A stretch of DNA of 64,000 nt. Source: Nitrospirota bacterium (GTDB taxonomy: Bacteria; Nitrospirota; Thermodesulfovibrionia; Thermodesulfovibrionales; Dissulfurispiraceae). Position 1 is the first letter of the stretch, and every line of letters begins with the position of its first letter. Below are positions 1 to 9,917 of this stretch, one piece after another. Both the position numbers and the translations under genes were made by a program. The notes under the pieces are model-generated. The model ran no database searches. It was not told the origin of the DNA and saw nothing but the letters and a program-made list of their open reading frames with translations. The stretch spans positions 608,001-672,000 of the forward strand of contig CAVPZX010000002.1 of NCBI GenBank assembly GCA_963710375.1, read 5' to 3'.

Positions 1-702
1 CGGCTTTCAAAGTATATAACTGATACCGATATTTTTATCAATGAGGCTATCGCATCAGGCAAAAAGATGCTTTTCGAAGGTGCGCAGGGGTCCCTCCTCG
101 ACGTTGATCACGGGACATATCCCTTTGTGACCTCATCCAACACCATAGCCGGAGGCGTCTGTACCGGCCTGGGCGTAGGTCCGACAAAAATCAAAAAGAT
201 TCTGGGGATTACAAAGGCGTATACCACGAGGGTCGGGGAAGGTCCGTTCCCAACTGAAATGAAGGATGAACTCGGAGAAGCAATGAGGCTTAAAGGCGGT
301 GAATTCGGGGCCACGACCGGAAGACCGAGGAGATGCGGCTGGCTTGACGCTGTTCAACTTAAATATTCTATTCTCATAAATGGGCTGACAGGTATCGCCC
401 TGACAAAACTTGATATCCTTGATGGACTCAGCACGATCAAAATCTGTACCGGCTATAAATATAAAGGCAAGATGTTTAAAAACTTCCCAAAAGAAATAGA
501 GGTCCTGAGCCAGGCAGAGCCTGTTTATGAGGAGTTGGATGGGTGGAAAGAGAGCACTATCGGGATTAAAGAATTCAAGCTGCTCCCTTCCAATGCAAAG
601 AAATACATCAAGAGGATAGAGACGCTTCTAAACACAAAAATTCAGATAATTTCCACAGGGCAGAAGCGCGACGAGATCATAGTACTGAGAGACCAATTTT
701 AA
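1..702 (+). CDS. purA: Adenylosuccinate synthetase, 5'-truncated by window edge
   Basis: EGAQG, DHGTYPFVTSS, AYTTRVGEGPFPTE and TTGRPRRCGWLD motifs. Confidence 0.97.
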   Translation, partial: RLSKYITDTDIFINEAIASGKKMLFEGAQGSLLDVDHGTYPFVTSSNTIAGGVCTGLGVGPTKIKKILGITKAYTTRVGEGPFPTEMKDELGEAMRLKGGEFGATTGRPRRCGWLDAVQLKYSILINGLTGIALTKLDILDGLSTIKICTGYKYKGKMFKNFPKEIEVLSQAEPVYEELDGWKESTIGIKEFKLLPSNAKKYIKRIETLLNTKIQIISTGQKRDEIIVLRDQF

Positions 703-706
703 ACCA

Positions 707-793
707 CGTGAACCGTGAAATGTGAATAGTGAAAGGTAAGAAGTTGGACTTCGTTTCCCGTTTACATCACGCTGCACGCTTCACGTTTCACGG
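707..793. repeat. Palindromic heptanucleotide tandem-repeat element (CGTGAAN units followed by reverse-complement TTCACG units)
   Basis: cgtgaac cgtgaaa tgtgaat agtgaaa ... ctgcacg cttcacg tttcacg. Confidence 0.75.
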
Positions 794-1493
794 CCTTTTG
801 AATCTGCTGTTCCCCTCACCTTGTCCTGTATGCGGCAATGGTTCTGACAGTCACAGGCACAATCCTGTCTGTGTAGCCTGTTGGAGCGGGATTGAAAGAT
901 ATTCAGGACCTGCATGCCTGATCTGCGGTCTGCCTCTGGTTTCTGAATATGCAACGTATTGTGAATCCTGTATGAAAGCACCGCCCCCTTTTTCAAAAAT
1001 TATCTATTATGGTGTTTATGACGGCGCCTTAAGAAAGGCCGTTCACCTCCTTAAATTCAAGGGCATTAAAAGGCTGGCCCGGCCCATTGCAGCCCTGCTG
1101 TCGGAACTGCCCATTCCAGATTCAGACGGGATTGTTCCTGTCCCTTTACATTCAAAAAAACTGAGGGAGAGGGAATTCAACCAGACCGCTTTAATCGGCA
1201 GACACCTGTCCAGGCGGTCCGGGATCCCGCTGTTGCTTGATATCTTGAAAAAGGATAAGACAACACTGCCGCAAACCGATGTCACAGGAAAGGAACGGCT
1301 GAAAAACGTTAAGAACGCATTCACTGCAGATAAATCCGTAAACGGCCTCAGGCTCATTCTCGTGGACGATGTTATCACCACCGGAGCCACAGTATATGAA
1401 TGCGCCAAGGTGCTGAAAAAAGCTGGTGCGGAAAGCATCACCGTTGTCGCACTTGCCCGCTCAATGCCTAAACATGCTCCTTTTTATTCATGA
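729..1493 (+). CDS. comF: ComF family double zinc ribbon / phosphoribosyltransferase protein (start uncertain)
   Basis: N-terminal CxxC pairs, VPVPLH, REFNQ, LVDDVITTGAT. Confidence 0.9.
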   Translation: MKGKKLDFVSRLHHAARFTFHGLLNLLFPSPCPVCGNGSDSHRHNPVCVACWSGIERYSGPACLICGLPLVSEYATYCESCMKAPPPFSKIIYYGVYDGALRKAVHLLKFKGIKRLARPIAALLSELPIPDSDGIVPVPLHSKKLREREFNQTALIGRHLSRRSGIPLLLDILKKDKTTLPQTDVTGKERLKNVKNAFTADKSVNGLRLILVDDVITTGATVYECAKVLKKAGAESITVVALARSMPKHAPFYS

Positions 1494-2046
1494 GATCTTT
1501 GTATCTGAAGCAGTCTATAACATGATCGTTAACCATGCCAACTGCCTGCATGAAAGAATAACAAATCATCGTACCGGCGAATTTAAAGCCTCTTTTTTTT
1601 AAATCCTTACTCATGGCATCAGACTCAGGGGTACTGCAAGGGATATCTGTTATCTTCTTCCACGAATTCATGATGGGTTTCCCATTCACGAATCTCCAAA
1701 TATAATTATTGAAGCTTCCAAACTCCTCCTGTACCTGCAGGAATGCTATGGCATTGCTGATAGTAGAGTTAATTTTGAGCCTGTTTCTTACGATCTCAGG
1801 ATTGTCAAGCAACATGGAAATCTTATTCTCTGAGTATCGGAAAATCTTCCGGGCGTCGAAATTATCGAAGGCCTTTCTGTAACCTTCACGCTTCTTAAGA
1901 ATAGTAACCCAGCTCAGCCCAGCCTGAGCACCCTCCAGAATCAGGAATTCGAACAGTGTTCTGTCATCATGAGTTTCCACGCCCCATTCGATATCATGAT
2001 AAGACTGCACAAGATCGCTTCCATCGGCCCATTCACAACGTTTCAT
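1468..2046 (-). CDS. tag: DNA-3-methyladenine glycosylase I
   Basis: RCEW, YHDIEWG, LEGAQAGLSW, RNRLKI, MQAVGMVNDH. Confidence 0.95.
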   Translation of the reverse strand: MKRCEWADGSDLVQSYHDIEWGVETHDDRTLFEFLILEGAQAGLSWVTILKKREGYRKAFDNFDARKIFRYSENKISMLLDNPEIVRNRLKINSTISNAIAFLQVQEEFGSFNNYIWRFVNGKPIMNSWKKITDIPCSTPESDAMSKDLKKRGFKFAGTMICYSFMQAVGMVNDHVIDCFRYKDLMNKKEHV

Positions 2047-2064
2047 ATCTAAAATCGTATAATT

Positions 2065-2649
2065 TTATTGAACAAGCTTGCGACCGAAGGCCATTGCCTT
2101 TTGGCGAAGTTGCATGTTCTGCTTGATCTCATCTGAAAACATCGATGCAAAAGGTACCAGCAGTGAGTCAAAGGAAAGGCCGGCAAACCCTGCGATAGCG
2201 CCGACAGTCTTCTCTACGAGCCTCAACCCCGGTTCTATATCTCCGCCGGCGGTAGCGACTACCCCTATTTTGAGATGCCCCATGTTGTGCCTATAGCTGC
2301 CTTTGGAGGGATCAAATTTAATTAGTGAATACATCCTGTCCACAAGGAGTTTTAATTGCGCGCTCATTCCGAAAAAATAGACCGGAGTTGCCAAAACGAG
2401 AATATCGGCCTCTGGAATGCGAGCTACGACCGGCTTAATCTCATCGTCAACAACGCATTCAAACTTGTCGGATTTCTGACATCCGAGGCAGGCAATGCAG
2501 CCGTTGTTTTTACTTTTCAGGCTCGCCACGTCTACTATCTCCACATCGGCCCCAGCCTCTTCAGCCCCCTTTGCCACCCAACTGACAACAGTATTAGAGT
2601 TGCCATTTTTCCTCGGACTACCTGTTAAAATCATTACCTTCCTGCTCAT
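2065..2649 (-). CDS. Flavodoxin-like iron-sulfur flavoprotein / NADPH-dependent FMN reductase family
   Basis: GSPRKNGNS, CIACLGC...C, ATPVYF. Confidence 0.85.
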   Translation of the reverse strand: MSRKVMILTGSPRKNGNSNTVVSWVAKGAEEAGADVEIVDVASLKSKNNGCIACLGCQKSDKFECVVDDEIKPVVARIPEADILVLATPVYFFGMSAQLKLLVDRMYSLIKFDPSKGSYRHNMGHLKIGVVATAGGDIEPGLRLVEKTVGAIAGFAGLSFDSLLVPFASMFSDEIKQNMQLRQKAMAFGRKLVQ

Positions 2650-2838
2650 ACACACCTCCGTATCATTATGCGATGGGTATCATTTCCTTCCGCAATAAAT
2701 AACCTAACTATTTATTATGTCATTTGCAAAAGATTGAGAAGCTGTCAACACCAATATACTTAAAAAAACCAAAACTATTTTAACCAATGAATTCATTTCC
2801 TCCTCTTCAAATTATACAGAAGTGAGGCTGTTTTTTTG

Positions 2839-3978
2839 TCACTTTTGAGTAGAGGTGCTGATCAGCGGAAAAACATTTTCCTTGATCCATGAAATGACCC
2901 TGCTGACCTCGTTCTTCACTTTCTTTTTTTGCGCCCCTGTTTCCTGATACTCTTTGTCCCGAAGCTTATGGCTCCTGAACCCATCGAGAGGATATTGTTC
3001 CAGGAACGCCTCCGGCAGGGCATTGGGCAGATCGACCTCATTCATAATCGCCCACGCGAGAGTCCATGCTTTGGCAACGTTCGTTACGTCGTATCCTCCT
3101 CCTCCGAGGGCGATCCACCTGGGTGAGAGATCTTTTATCTTCCCGACTACTTCGCAAAAACCGTTTGTCGTGTATTTCAGGTGGGCGAGGGGATCTGTGA
3201 TAAATGAATCGACCCCAAGCTGACTTACAACAATGTCTGGCTTGAACTTCTTGAGCAGCGACGGAACGACCTCCTCGAAGGAATATACAAAGAGCTCATC
3301 GTCGGAGGAAGGGGGCATAGGGATATTCACAGAATATCCCCTTCCTTCTCCTTCGCCGATCTCTGTCTCGAATCCTGTACCTGGGAAAAGGTACAGGCCA
3401 GATTCGTGGAATGATATCGTCAGCACTTTGTCGGTACGGTAAAACGCATCCTGCACGCCGTCACAGTGATGCGCGTCTATATCGATATAGGCTACTCTTT
3501 TCCCTTTTCTTAGTAGAGAGTAAATAACGATCACAGGGTCATTGATGTAGCAGAACCCTGATGCCTTGGCCGCCAGTGCATGGTGGAGACCACCCGAGAC
3601 GTTGAAGGAGATCGGCGCCGCGCCGCTGTCGACGAGCTCGGCTGCCTGAAGAGAAGCCCCTGTCACGAGCCGCGACCATTCGTAGACCCCCTTGAATACA
3701 GGGTTATCACCATAGCCGAGGCCATAATTTTCTACTCCGGGTATCTCGCTCCCATTGTTCACACCGTTCAGCATATCGATGTAATCTCGCGTATGATAAA
3801 GAAGCAGATACTTTTCTTCTGCTGGTATCGCCTGGATAACAGGGACATCTGGGAGAGATAGGAGTCCGTAAGCGTTCATTAGCTCATAAGTGAGTTTAAG
3901 CCTGAATGACCTGAGAGGATGCCCGGCTCCATAGTCATATTTAGCGAAGTCCTCGGAGTAGATGATGGATGTTTTCAT
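2839..3978 (-). CDS. acuC: AcuC-like Zn-dependent (histone-type) deacetylase; probable start MKTSIIYS
   Basis: HP..R, GGLHHA, SGFCYIND, DIDAHHCDG, FPGTG, GGGGY. Confidence 0.88.
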   Translation of the reverse strand: MKTSIIYSEDFAKYDYGAGHPLRSFRLKLTYELMNAYGLLSLPDVPVIQAIPAEEKYLLLYHTRDYIDMLNGVNNGSEIPGVENYGLGYGDNPVFKGVYEWSRLVTGASLQAAELVDSGAAPISFNVSGGLHHALAAKASGFCYINDPVIVIYSLLRKGKRVAYIDIDAHHCDGVQDAFYRTDKVLTISFHESGLYLFPGTGFETEIGEGEGRGYSVNIPMPPSSDDELFVYSFEEVVPSLLKKFKPDIVVSQLGVDSFITDPLAHLKYTTNGFCEVVGKIKDLSPRWIALGGGGYDVTNVAKAWTLAWAIMNEVDLPNALPEAFLEQYPLDGFRSHKLRDKEYQETGAQKKKVKNEVSRVISWIKENVFPLISTSTQK

Positions 3979-4153
3979 GTCTTTTCTAATTATATGGGAA
4001 ATACGACGCCAATGGAAGGCTGCAAGCTTGTCACCACAATACGCAACGATCCTCACAGAAGACCTCACCTTAGCGCTTACTGATTTTTCTGCGGAGTTCA
4101 ATGACAACTCTGAAGTGTTGACGATGGTGATTATTATAAATGATAATATGACA

Positions 4154-4660
4154 ATGAAAAACTCTTGGCCTATACCTATTACAGTAATATTGTTATTCGT
4201 GGCTGCCTGCGCGCCTGTTATACGCGAGGACCTCATGAAATCCGGCGATAGGCAGGTGCCTCTGGTAAAAATGAGAGAAACACCCGCTTCTTTTCAAGGC
4301 AGACTTTTTATTCTCGGTGGACAGATAGTAAAGACAGAAGTCACCAATACGGGTTCTCTTCTTATCGAAGCAGACTACGATTCGGTGGACTCCAACGGGT
4401 ATATAGTAAGGAAAAACGACCATTCTAAAGGCAGATATCTTGCACTATTAACTAAGGATGGAAGGCATCTGGATCCCAAATCCTATTCGGAAAAGCAGTA
4501 TGTCACGATAGCGGGCGTATTCACAGGCGTGAGAACCGGCAAATTTCACGGGACCGATTACAAATATCCGGTCTTTGAAATAAAAGACATTTATCTTTGG
4601 CCGATCTCGAGGGATCTTCCGCTTTTTTACAACTTCGGCGGCGCTGAACACTCTTTCTGA
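4154..4660 (+). CDS. Slp-family outer membrane lipoprotein
   Basis: Lipobox VAAC; GGQIV, GRYLA, LDP..Y, YKYPV...IYLW. Confidence 0.75.
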   Translation: MKNSWPIPITVILLFVAACAPVIREDLMKSGDRQVPLVKMRETPASFQGRLFILGGQIVKTEVTNTGSLLIEADYDSVDSNGYIVRKNDHSKGRYLALLTKDGRHLDPKSYSEKQYVTIAGVFTGVRTGKFHGTDYKYPVFEIKDIYLWPISRDLPLFYNFGGAEHSF

Positions 4661-4739
4661 CATCGTCAGACAATACCCCCCAAAACTGAGAAACTTTGTG
4701 GACGTTGTTATTTACGTTGCGTTATACTGCTTTAAACGC

Positions 4740-6296
4740 TCAGGCGTGCTTCTTTAAACGTCCGTACTTTATGCCTAGCCTATCCAAGCGCCACCGCAAA
4801 GTACTCGGATTGACGCCAAGTAATTCCGCTGCACCGCCAGGGCCGTGAATCCTTCCGTTGGTGATTTTCAGGACTTTGCTCAGGTGCAGAGCTGTCGCTT
4901 CATCGAGTTTCAAGGGGACTTCCTGTTGAGCAATGGATCCCCCTCCTCTCTCGGTGGAAAGCAGCGAATCAAACATCAATTGTCCTCCCCGGTGGCGTAT
5001 CAACTCCCGCTCAACCAGGTTCTCCAACTCTCGGACATTCCCTGGCCAAGCATAGTCCATAAGCCGCTGCAAAGCGCCGGGCACAATGTTGGGAGCGATC
5101 GGAACACCCAATTCCCTGCTTTTTTGTGTAACAAAATAGCGGGTCAAGGCCGGGATATCTTCCTTCCTCTGCCGCAGCGGCGGTATGATAATAGGGAAGA
5201 CATTCAACCGGAACCAAAGGTCCTCGCGGAACCGATTTTCCGAAACCATGCTTTCCAGGTTGCGGTGGGTCGCTGCTATCACCCTGATGTCAACATTTAT
5301 AGGCTTACTGCCTCCGACCCGTTCGATTACACGGTTTTGAAGCACCCGAAGGAGACGTACCTGTGCCTGGAGCGGCAGTTCACCGATTTCGTCCAGGAAT
5401 ATGGTCCCGCCGTCAGCGCGCTCGAAGCGGCCGCGCATATCAGTTACTGCGCCGGTGAACGCTCCTTTTTCATGACCGAACAATTCGCTGTCGATGAGGC
5501 TTTCTGGAATAGCTCCGCAGTTTACCTTTATAAAGGGTTTATCCTTTCGCGACGACGAAAAATGAATCGTATTGGCGACCAGTTCCTTGCCTGTCCCTGT
5601 TTCCCCCAAGAGCAGCACCGTGTTATTCAGCTGAGCAACCTGTTGTACCATCTCCATAACATTTCTTAATCCTGAATTCCCGCCGATAACCTCGTCTCCC
5701 GCCTGTGATATGAGCTCCCTATTCAAAAAACGGTTGTCATCGAGCAGGACGTCTCTGTATTTAAGTAGCTTTTCATGAGCCAGGGCATTTGAAAGGGCGA
5801 TGGCAAATGGTTCGGCGACGATAGCGATTAGATCGAGGTGATTTTGAGTATACAGTCCTTCACCCCTGGCTTTAAGTACGAGGTTACCAATCAGCTCATC
5901 TCCTATCCAGAGCGGCGACACAAGTACTGAGTTCCCTCTCAACTCCGATTTGATGAGAGTGGCAACAGATCGTATGAATTCGTTGGAAACAGATGAGTTC
6001 ATAATAACAGGCTTGTAGAACTCCTGGTGCGGAGCCGCTGCCTTTGTCAGCGCCCAGAGTTTCTCGGGAATCGGTATAATTTCATCAGGAATTTTGAGCT
6101 CTTCTGCAGCCGCGTGGGCTACTCTCCTGATTGCGCTCAAGTCATGGTCAAGAATGTTAAAGAATAGGCTATCCAGTGGGAAATGCTGTCTCAAATACTC
6201 GAACGCACTCTTCAGCGCGGTTTCTATCTGAAGACTGCTGCATATCCGGACTGTCACTTCCCTGAAAAATTCATCTTTGTTGACCATATTCGCCAA
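4740..6296 (-). CDS. Sigma54-dependent enhancer-binding protein (GAF-AAA+-HTH, FhlA/NifA-like)
   Basis: [30 protein letters not shown]-terminal HTH, N-terminal GAF-like region. Confidence 0.93.
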   Translation of the reverse strand: MANMVNKDEFFREVTVRICSSLQIETALKSAFEYLRQHFPLDSLFFNILDHDLSAIRRVAHAAAEELKIPDEIIPIPEKLWALTKAAAPHQEFYKPVIMNSSVSNEFIRSVATLIKSELRGNSVLVSPLWIGDELIGNLVLKARGEGLYTQNHLDLIAIVAEPFAIALSNALAHEKLLKYRDVLLDDNRFLNRELISQAGDEVIGGNSGLRNVMEMVQQVAQLNNTVLLLGETGTGKELVANTIHFSSSRKDKPFIKVNCGAIPESLIDSELFGHEKGAFTGAVTDMRGRFERADGGTIFLDEIGELPLQAQVRLLRVLQNRVIERVGGSKPINVDIRVIAATHRNLESMVSENRFREDLWFRLNVFPIIIPPLRQRKEDIPALTRYFVTQKSRELGVPIAPNIVPGALQRLMDYAWPGNVRELENLVERELIRHRGGQLMFDSLLSTERGGGSIAQQEVPLKLDEATALHLSKVLKITNGRIHGPGGAAELLGVNPSTLRWRLDRLGIKYGRLKKHA

Positions 6297-6327
6297 ACCT
6301 AATTATTCGAATGCCCGAAAAATAAAA

Positions 6328-6392
6328 TTGCAACATATTGCTATTATAGTCCAGCCGACAATATATTGCAATCGTGATTGCGGTATATTGCT
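6328..6392. promoter_or_regulatory. Putative upstream activator sites: repeated GCAA-N4/6-TTGC dyads
   Basis: GCAAcataTTGC, aCAAtataTTGC, GCAAtcgtgaTTGC and GCggtataTTGC lie between the EBP gene and a sigma54 promoter. Confidence 0.5.
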
Positions 6393-6443
6393 GTTTAAAA
6401 GACGCTGCCTTTTTCAGGCATTGATATTATTATGTTTTTTTGC

Positions 6444-6459
6444 TGGCACATAAATCGCT
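6444..6459 (+). promoter_or_regulatory. Sigma54 -24/-12 promoter
   Basis: TGGCAC-ATAAA-TCGCT with exact GG-N10-GC spacing, divergent from an EBP gene. Confidence 0.75.
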
Positions 6460-6668
6460 ATATAAAGAATATGAGGACAAGGATCAAAATGGTAAGGCTA
6501 CTTTATATAACCTGTAACTTGAACTTGGAAAAGGGGGTGGTGGCAAAGCAGATAACCGTTTCATAGACAAAAATTGGGAATTTAAGTAGTTCCATATAAT
6601 CACTCATGAGAATCTACTAAATTCAAGAAAGTTAATAAAACAATATATCACTCAAGGAGGGAACTTAA

Positions 6669-7127
6669 ATGAAAACAATTTTATCGACAGTTTTATCAGT
6701 GCTGGTGTCAGTTTTTCTCGTCAGTGTAGCTATCGCTGGGGACAATTCGTTTGTAGCTGGAGGGCAAGTGATTACTGGTCAGTCACTATTTCCTCTCAGT
6801 AATCCTTCACTAAGTGTTGTGACAGAAGGGCCGGCTGTGCCTCACGTGGCTGTTAGCGGCCAGGGGGCTAATTCGTTTGTAGCTGGAGGACAGGTGATTA
6901 CTGGTCAGTCGCTATTTCCTTTCAGCAACCCTTCAGTAACTGTTGTAACAGCAGACTCGGCTGTACCTCGCATTGATGTTAGCGGCAAGGTGGATAGATC
7001 GTTTGTAGCTGGAGGGCAATTGCTTACCGGACAGTCGCTATTTCCTTTCAGCAATCCTTCAGCAAGTGTTGTGACAGCAGGGTCGGTCGTACCTAACATG
7101 GGTATTAGCGACCTGGCGGATTATTAG
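6669..7127 (+). CDS. Secreted protein with three tandem 42-aa repeats, unknown function
   Basis: AAGGAGG RBS, Sec signal ending AIA, repeats at 6744/6870/6996 with mostly synonymous divergence. Confidence 0.85.
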   Translation: MKTILSTVLSVLVSVFLVSVAIAGDNSFVAGGQVITGQSLFPLSNPSLSVVTEGPAVPHVAVSGQGANSFVAGGQVITGQSLFPFSNPSVTVVTADSAVPRIDVSGKVDRSFVAGGQLLTGQSLFPFSNPSASVVTAGSVVPNMGISDLADY

Positions 7128-7158
7128 TTTGTAGCTGGAGGTCACATCATTACTGGAC

Positions 7159-7188
7159 AGGCGCCGAGGTTTTAGGCGCCTTTTTTTT
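7159..7188 (+). terminator. Intrinsic terminator
   Basis: AGGCGCC-gaggtttta-GGCGCCT followed by a T run. Confidence 0.75.
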
Positions 7189-7237
7189 CGGCGAACGGTC
7201 ATTGATATGTTCCCTCTCTTCATGATAATCTGCCTTT

Positions 7238-9460
7238 ATGCTGAATAAGCCATTTTTATTGAGCTCGTTATCCCTAAAAACCAAAATCACCGGACTAGTG
7301 CTGATTCTGTTTTTGTGCAACATTTGGGTGTTGACGTTTTTTATTTCAGAGCGAGTGGAACACGAAATGATCACCCAAATAGAAACACAGCAGTTCTCGA
7401 CTGCATCATACATAGCTGATAGTATTGAAGTGCAGGTTAAACTGCGCATTAACGCGCTGACAACAATTGCCGACAGAATCACCCTGGACATACTCGCCAA
7501 CCCCAGTAAATTAAGAGAGTTTTTGCGTGACAAACCTTTGTTGACGACCCTGTTTCAAAAAGGGTGTGTGGTGATTTCACGGGGAGGCATAGGAATAGCC
7601 GATTACCCTGTATTGCCAGGGCGGGCAGGAGCATCTTATTCAGACCGTGAATATTTCAAGGAAGTGGTAGCTACGGGAAGACCGGTGGTGGGAGAGCCAG
7701 GGACCGGTCGATTTTCTCAAGAACCTGTTATCCGTTTTGCAGTCCCTGTTATGACCTCACCAGGCAAGCTTGTCGCTGTGTTGGCAGGTTATACATTGGC
7801 GTCAGACCCGTCTCTGCTGGGGTCGATCAAAAGTCCTGCATACGAAGACTTCCCAGACAGACTACTTTTAGTATCTCCCAAAGATCGTATTTTTATCTCC
7901 GCGAGTGATCCGCTGCGCATAATGCAGCCAACACCAAAAATTGGTGTGAACCCTTTATTCGACAGGTTTATGGCCGGGTTTGAAGGTTCCGGAGTCGCCG
8001 TTAATTCGAGGGGTATCAGAATGCTTTTATCTGCCAAACAAATACCAACGCTAGGCTGGTTTATCCGGGTGGGGCTGCCGACAGAGTTGGCATTTTCGTC
8101 GATTCGTTCAATGAAGGACCGTGCATATTTGATAGCAGTTATCCTATCACTGCTAAGTTCGTTGCTCGTATGGATTATTGTCAGGCAAGCACTGCGCCCA
8201 CTCTACAATGCAAGCAGACTTATACGGGATATTACTGAGGAACGGTTGCCGCCACAGGACATTCCCGTTACTCAGAGTGATGAGGTAGGTCAGCTGCTCA
8301 CCAGTTTCAATGTGCATCTTAATTACCGCAAGAGTGCTGAAGATACGATGAGAAAGAGTGAGGAGAAGTTCAGAACCATAGCAGACTTTACCTATGGCTG
8401 GGAGTACTGGATAGCCCCCACCGATGAAATCCTGTACTGTTCTCCTTCAAGCACGCGTATTAGCGGATATTCGCCGGAGGAATTCATAAAAACTCCGAGT
8501 CTTCTGCAAAGCATTATTCATCCTGGCGATATGGAATTTTACCGTAGACATATCGAGGTCTTTCATAACAGTTATGATGATGGAGAACAAATTCAATTTC
8601 GCATAAGAACAAAAAACGGTGATGAGCGGTGGATAGGGCACGCATGTAAAGCTGTGTTTAATGAGGAAGGAAAGTTTCTTGGCAGAAGAGTCTCAAACAG
8701 AGACATAACTGACAGTAAACTCAAGGAAATGGAGATAGCCGAGTCCAGGCAGCATATAAACACCCTCAACGATAATATATTGAAGATGCTGAGAATTATG
8801 TCACATGACATAAGGAGCCCGCTCATAGCGACATCAGCTACGTTAAAGTTACTGTTACGGGGAACTTACGGGAAACTGGACGAAAGTGTTTTTCAAACGG
8901 TCAAAGACCTCTCAATCAGGATCACACAAATTATTGGGCTTGCAGAAGACTGTCTTGCCAAAGCACAGGTAGTGAACAGCGAACTCCAAATAGAGAAGAA
9001 TGAAATAGACCTCAGACGTGAAGTAATAGAGGCTGTGCTTGCTGAACTGGCAGCGGAAATAGAGAAGAAGAATATCTTCATTGACAACAGACTCGGTGCA
9101 ATTCCCACTGGCACCATAATAGTCAATGCCAGCAAAATGTGGTTGAAGGTTGTATACAGAAACCTTTTCAGCAATGCCATCAAATATGGTGGACATGGCT
9201 GCACTATAGCCTTCGGTTATGAAGATCATGGTTCTTATTACCGGTTTAATGTATACAACACAGGAATCCCTATTCCGGAAGATAAAAGGAGCATACTATT
9301 CACAAAATTTGGCAGAGTAATGAGAGATGGGGAGACTGTTCAGGATGGTGTAGGCATGGGCCTGTTCATGACAAAGGAAATAATCAACCAGCATGGTGGT
9401 GACATATGGTATGAAGCAAAACCTGAAGGTAATGATTTCATTTTTACATTGCCCAAATAA
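7238..9460 (+). CDS. Membrane sensor histidine kinase (Cache-HAMP-PAS-HisKA-HATPase)
   Basis: Two TM segments, SDREYF Cache motif, DEVGQL HAMP, PAS, SHDIRSPL H-box, NAIKY, GVGMGL. Confidence 0.92.
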   Translation: MLNKPFLLSSLSLKTKITGLVLILFLCNIWVLTFFISERVEHEMITQIETQQFSTASYIADSIEVQVKLRINALTTIADRITLDILANPSKLREFLRDKPLLTTLFQKGCVVISRGGIGIADYPVLPGRAGASYSDREYFKEVVATGRPVVGEPGTGRFSQEPVIRFAVPVMTSPGKLVAVLAGYTLASDPSLLGSIKSPAYEDFPDRLLLVSPKDRIFISASDPLRIMQPTPKIGVNPLFDRFMAGFEGSGVAVNSRGIRMLLSAKQIPTLGWFIRVGLPTELAFSSIRSMKDRAYLIAVILSLLSSLLVWIIVRQALRPLYNASRLIRDITEERLPPQDIPVTQSDEVGQLLTSFNVHLNYRKSAEDTMRKSEEKFRTIADFTYGWEYWIAPTDEILYCSPSSTRISGYSPEEFIKTPSLLQSIIHPGDMEFYRRHIEVFHNSYDDGEQIQFRIRTKNGDERWIGHACKAVFNEEGKFLGRRVSNRDITDSKLKEMEIAESRQHINTLNDNILKMLRIMSHDIRSPLIATSATLKLLLRGTYGKLDESVFQTVKDLSIRITQIIGLAEDCLAKAQVVNSELQIEKNEIDLRREVIEAVLAELAAEIEKKNIFIDNRLGAIPTGTIIVNASKMWLKVVYRNLFSNAIKYGGHGCTIAFGYEDHGSYYRFNVYNTGIPIPEDKRSILFTKFGRVMRDGETVQDGVGMGLFMTKEIINQHGGDIWYEAKPEGNDFIFTLPK

Positions 9461-9496
9461 TAAAGGAAGAACAAAACAGAGAAAACAGCCTTCAGC

Positions 9497-9628
9497 TTAT
9501 TGATTTTGCTTTTCTGCTATGTAATCATCATGCAGACGTTCAACGATAAGTGATAACTCAGACTCTTCTATGTGAGAACATATTGGACTCTCACGCAGTA
9601 TTTCTATAAGTTCCGTCTTCGTAATCAT
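9497..9628 (-). CDS. Small hypothetical protein (43 aa; a longer GTG start at 9715 is possible)
   Basis: Short amphipathic ORF MITKTELIEILRESP... Confidence 0.35.
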   Translation of the reverse strand: MITKTELIEILRESPICSHIEESELSLIVERLHDDYIAEKQNQ

Positions 9629-9848
9629 CTCTTGACATAGTTTATACCATAATCTATCTAATTCCTTCAAGGAGTAATTAGTCAACTTAGTCAACAGCGT
9701 CCCCGAAGTTATCACTCAACATTGCCTGATCGCCATCTGGTTAAACCGCTGACCAAACTTGGTGCAATTCCCGGTTCATTAAGGCATGGCGTACCTGCAA
9801 TGTGATAATAATAATGATATATCAATGATATAAATAATTATTACGAGC

Positions 9849-9864
9849 TGGTACAAACATTGCT
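9849..9864 (+). promoter_or_regulatory. Sigma54 -24/-12 promoter
   Basis: TGGTAC-AAACA-TTGCT preceded by an AT-rich tract. Confidence 0.6.
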
Positions 9865-9917
9865 TAATTCTCCTCGCTTTAATACTCGTAGAAACGTTGC
9901 AGGTAGAAACCGATCCG

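Noticed and set aside
3962..4236. Overlapping N-terminal extensions of the acuC and Slp ORFs
   Set aside because: Artefact of longest-ORF calling; motif-based starts are 3978 (-) and 4154 (+)
4845..5669. 274-aa + strand ORF
   Set aside because: Antisense to the conserved AAA+ domain of the EBP
6744..7160. 126-bp periodic repeats as a CRISPR or ncRNA array
   Set aside because: Period is a multiple of 3, variation is mostly synonymous, the 'spacers' are homologous to each other, and no cas genes are present
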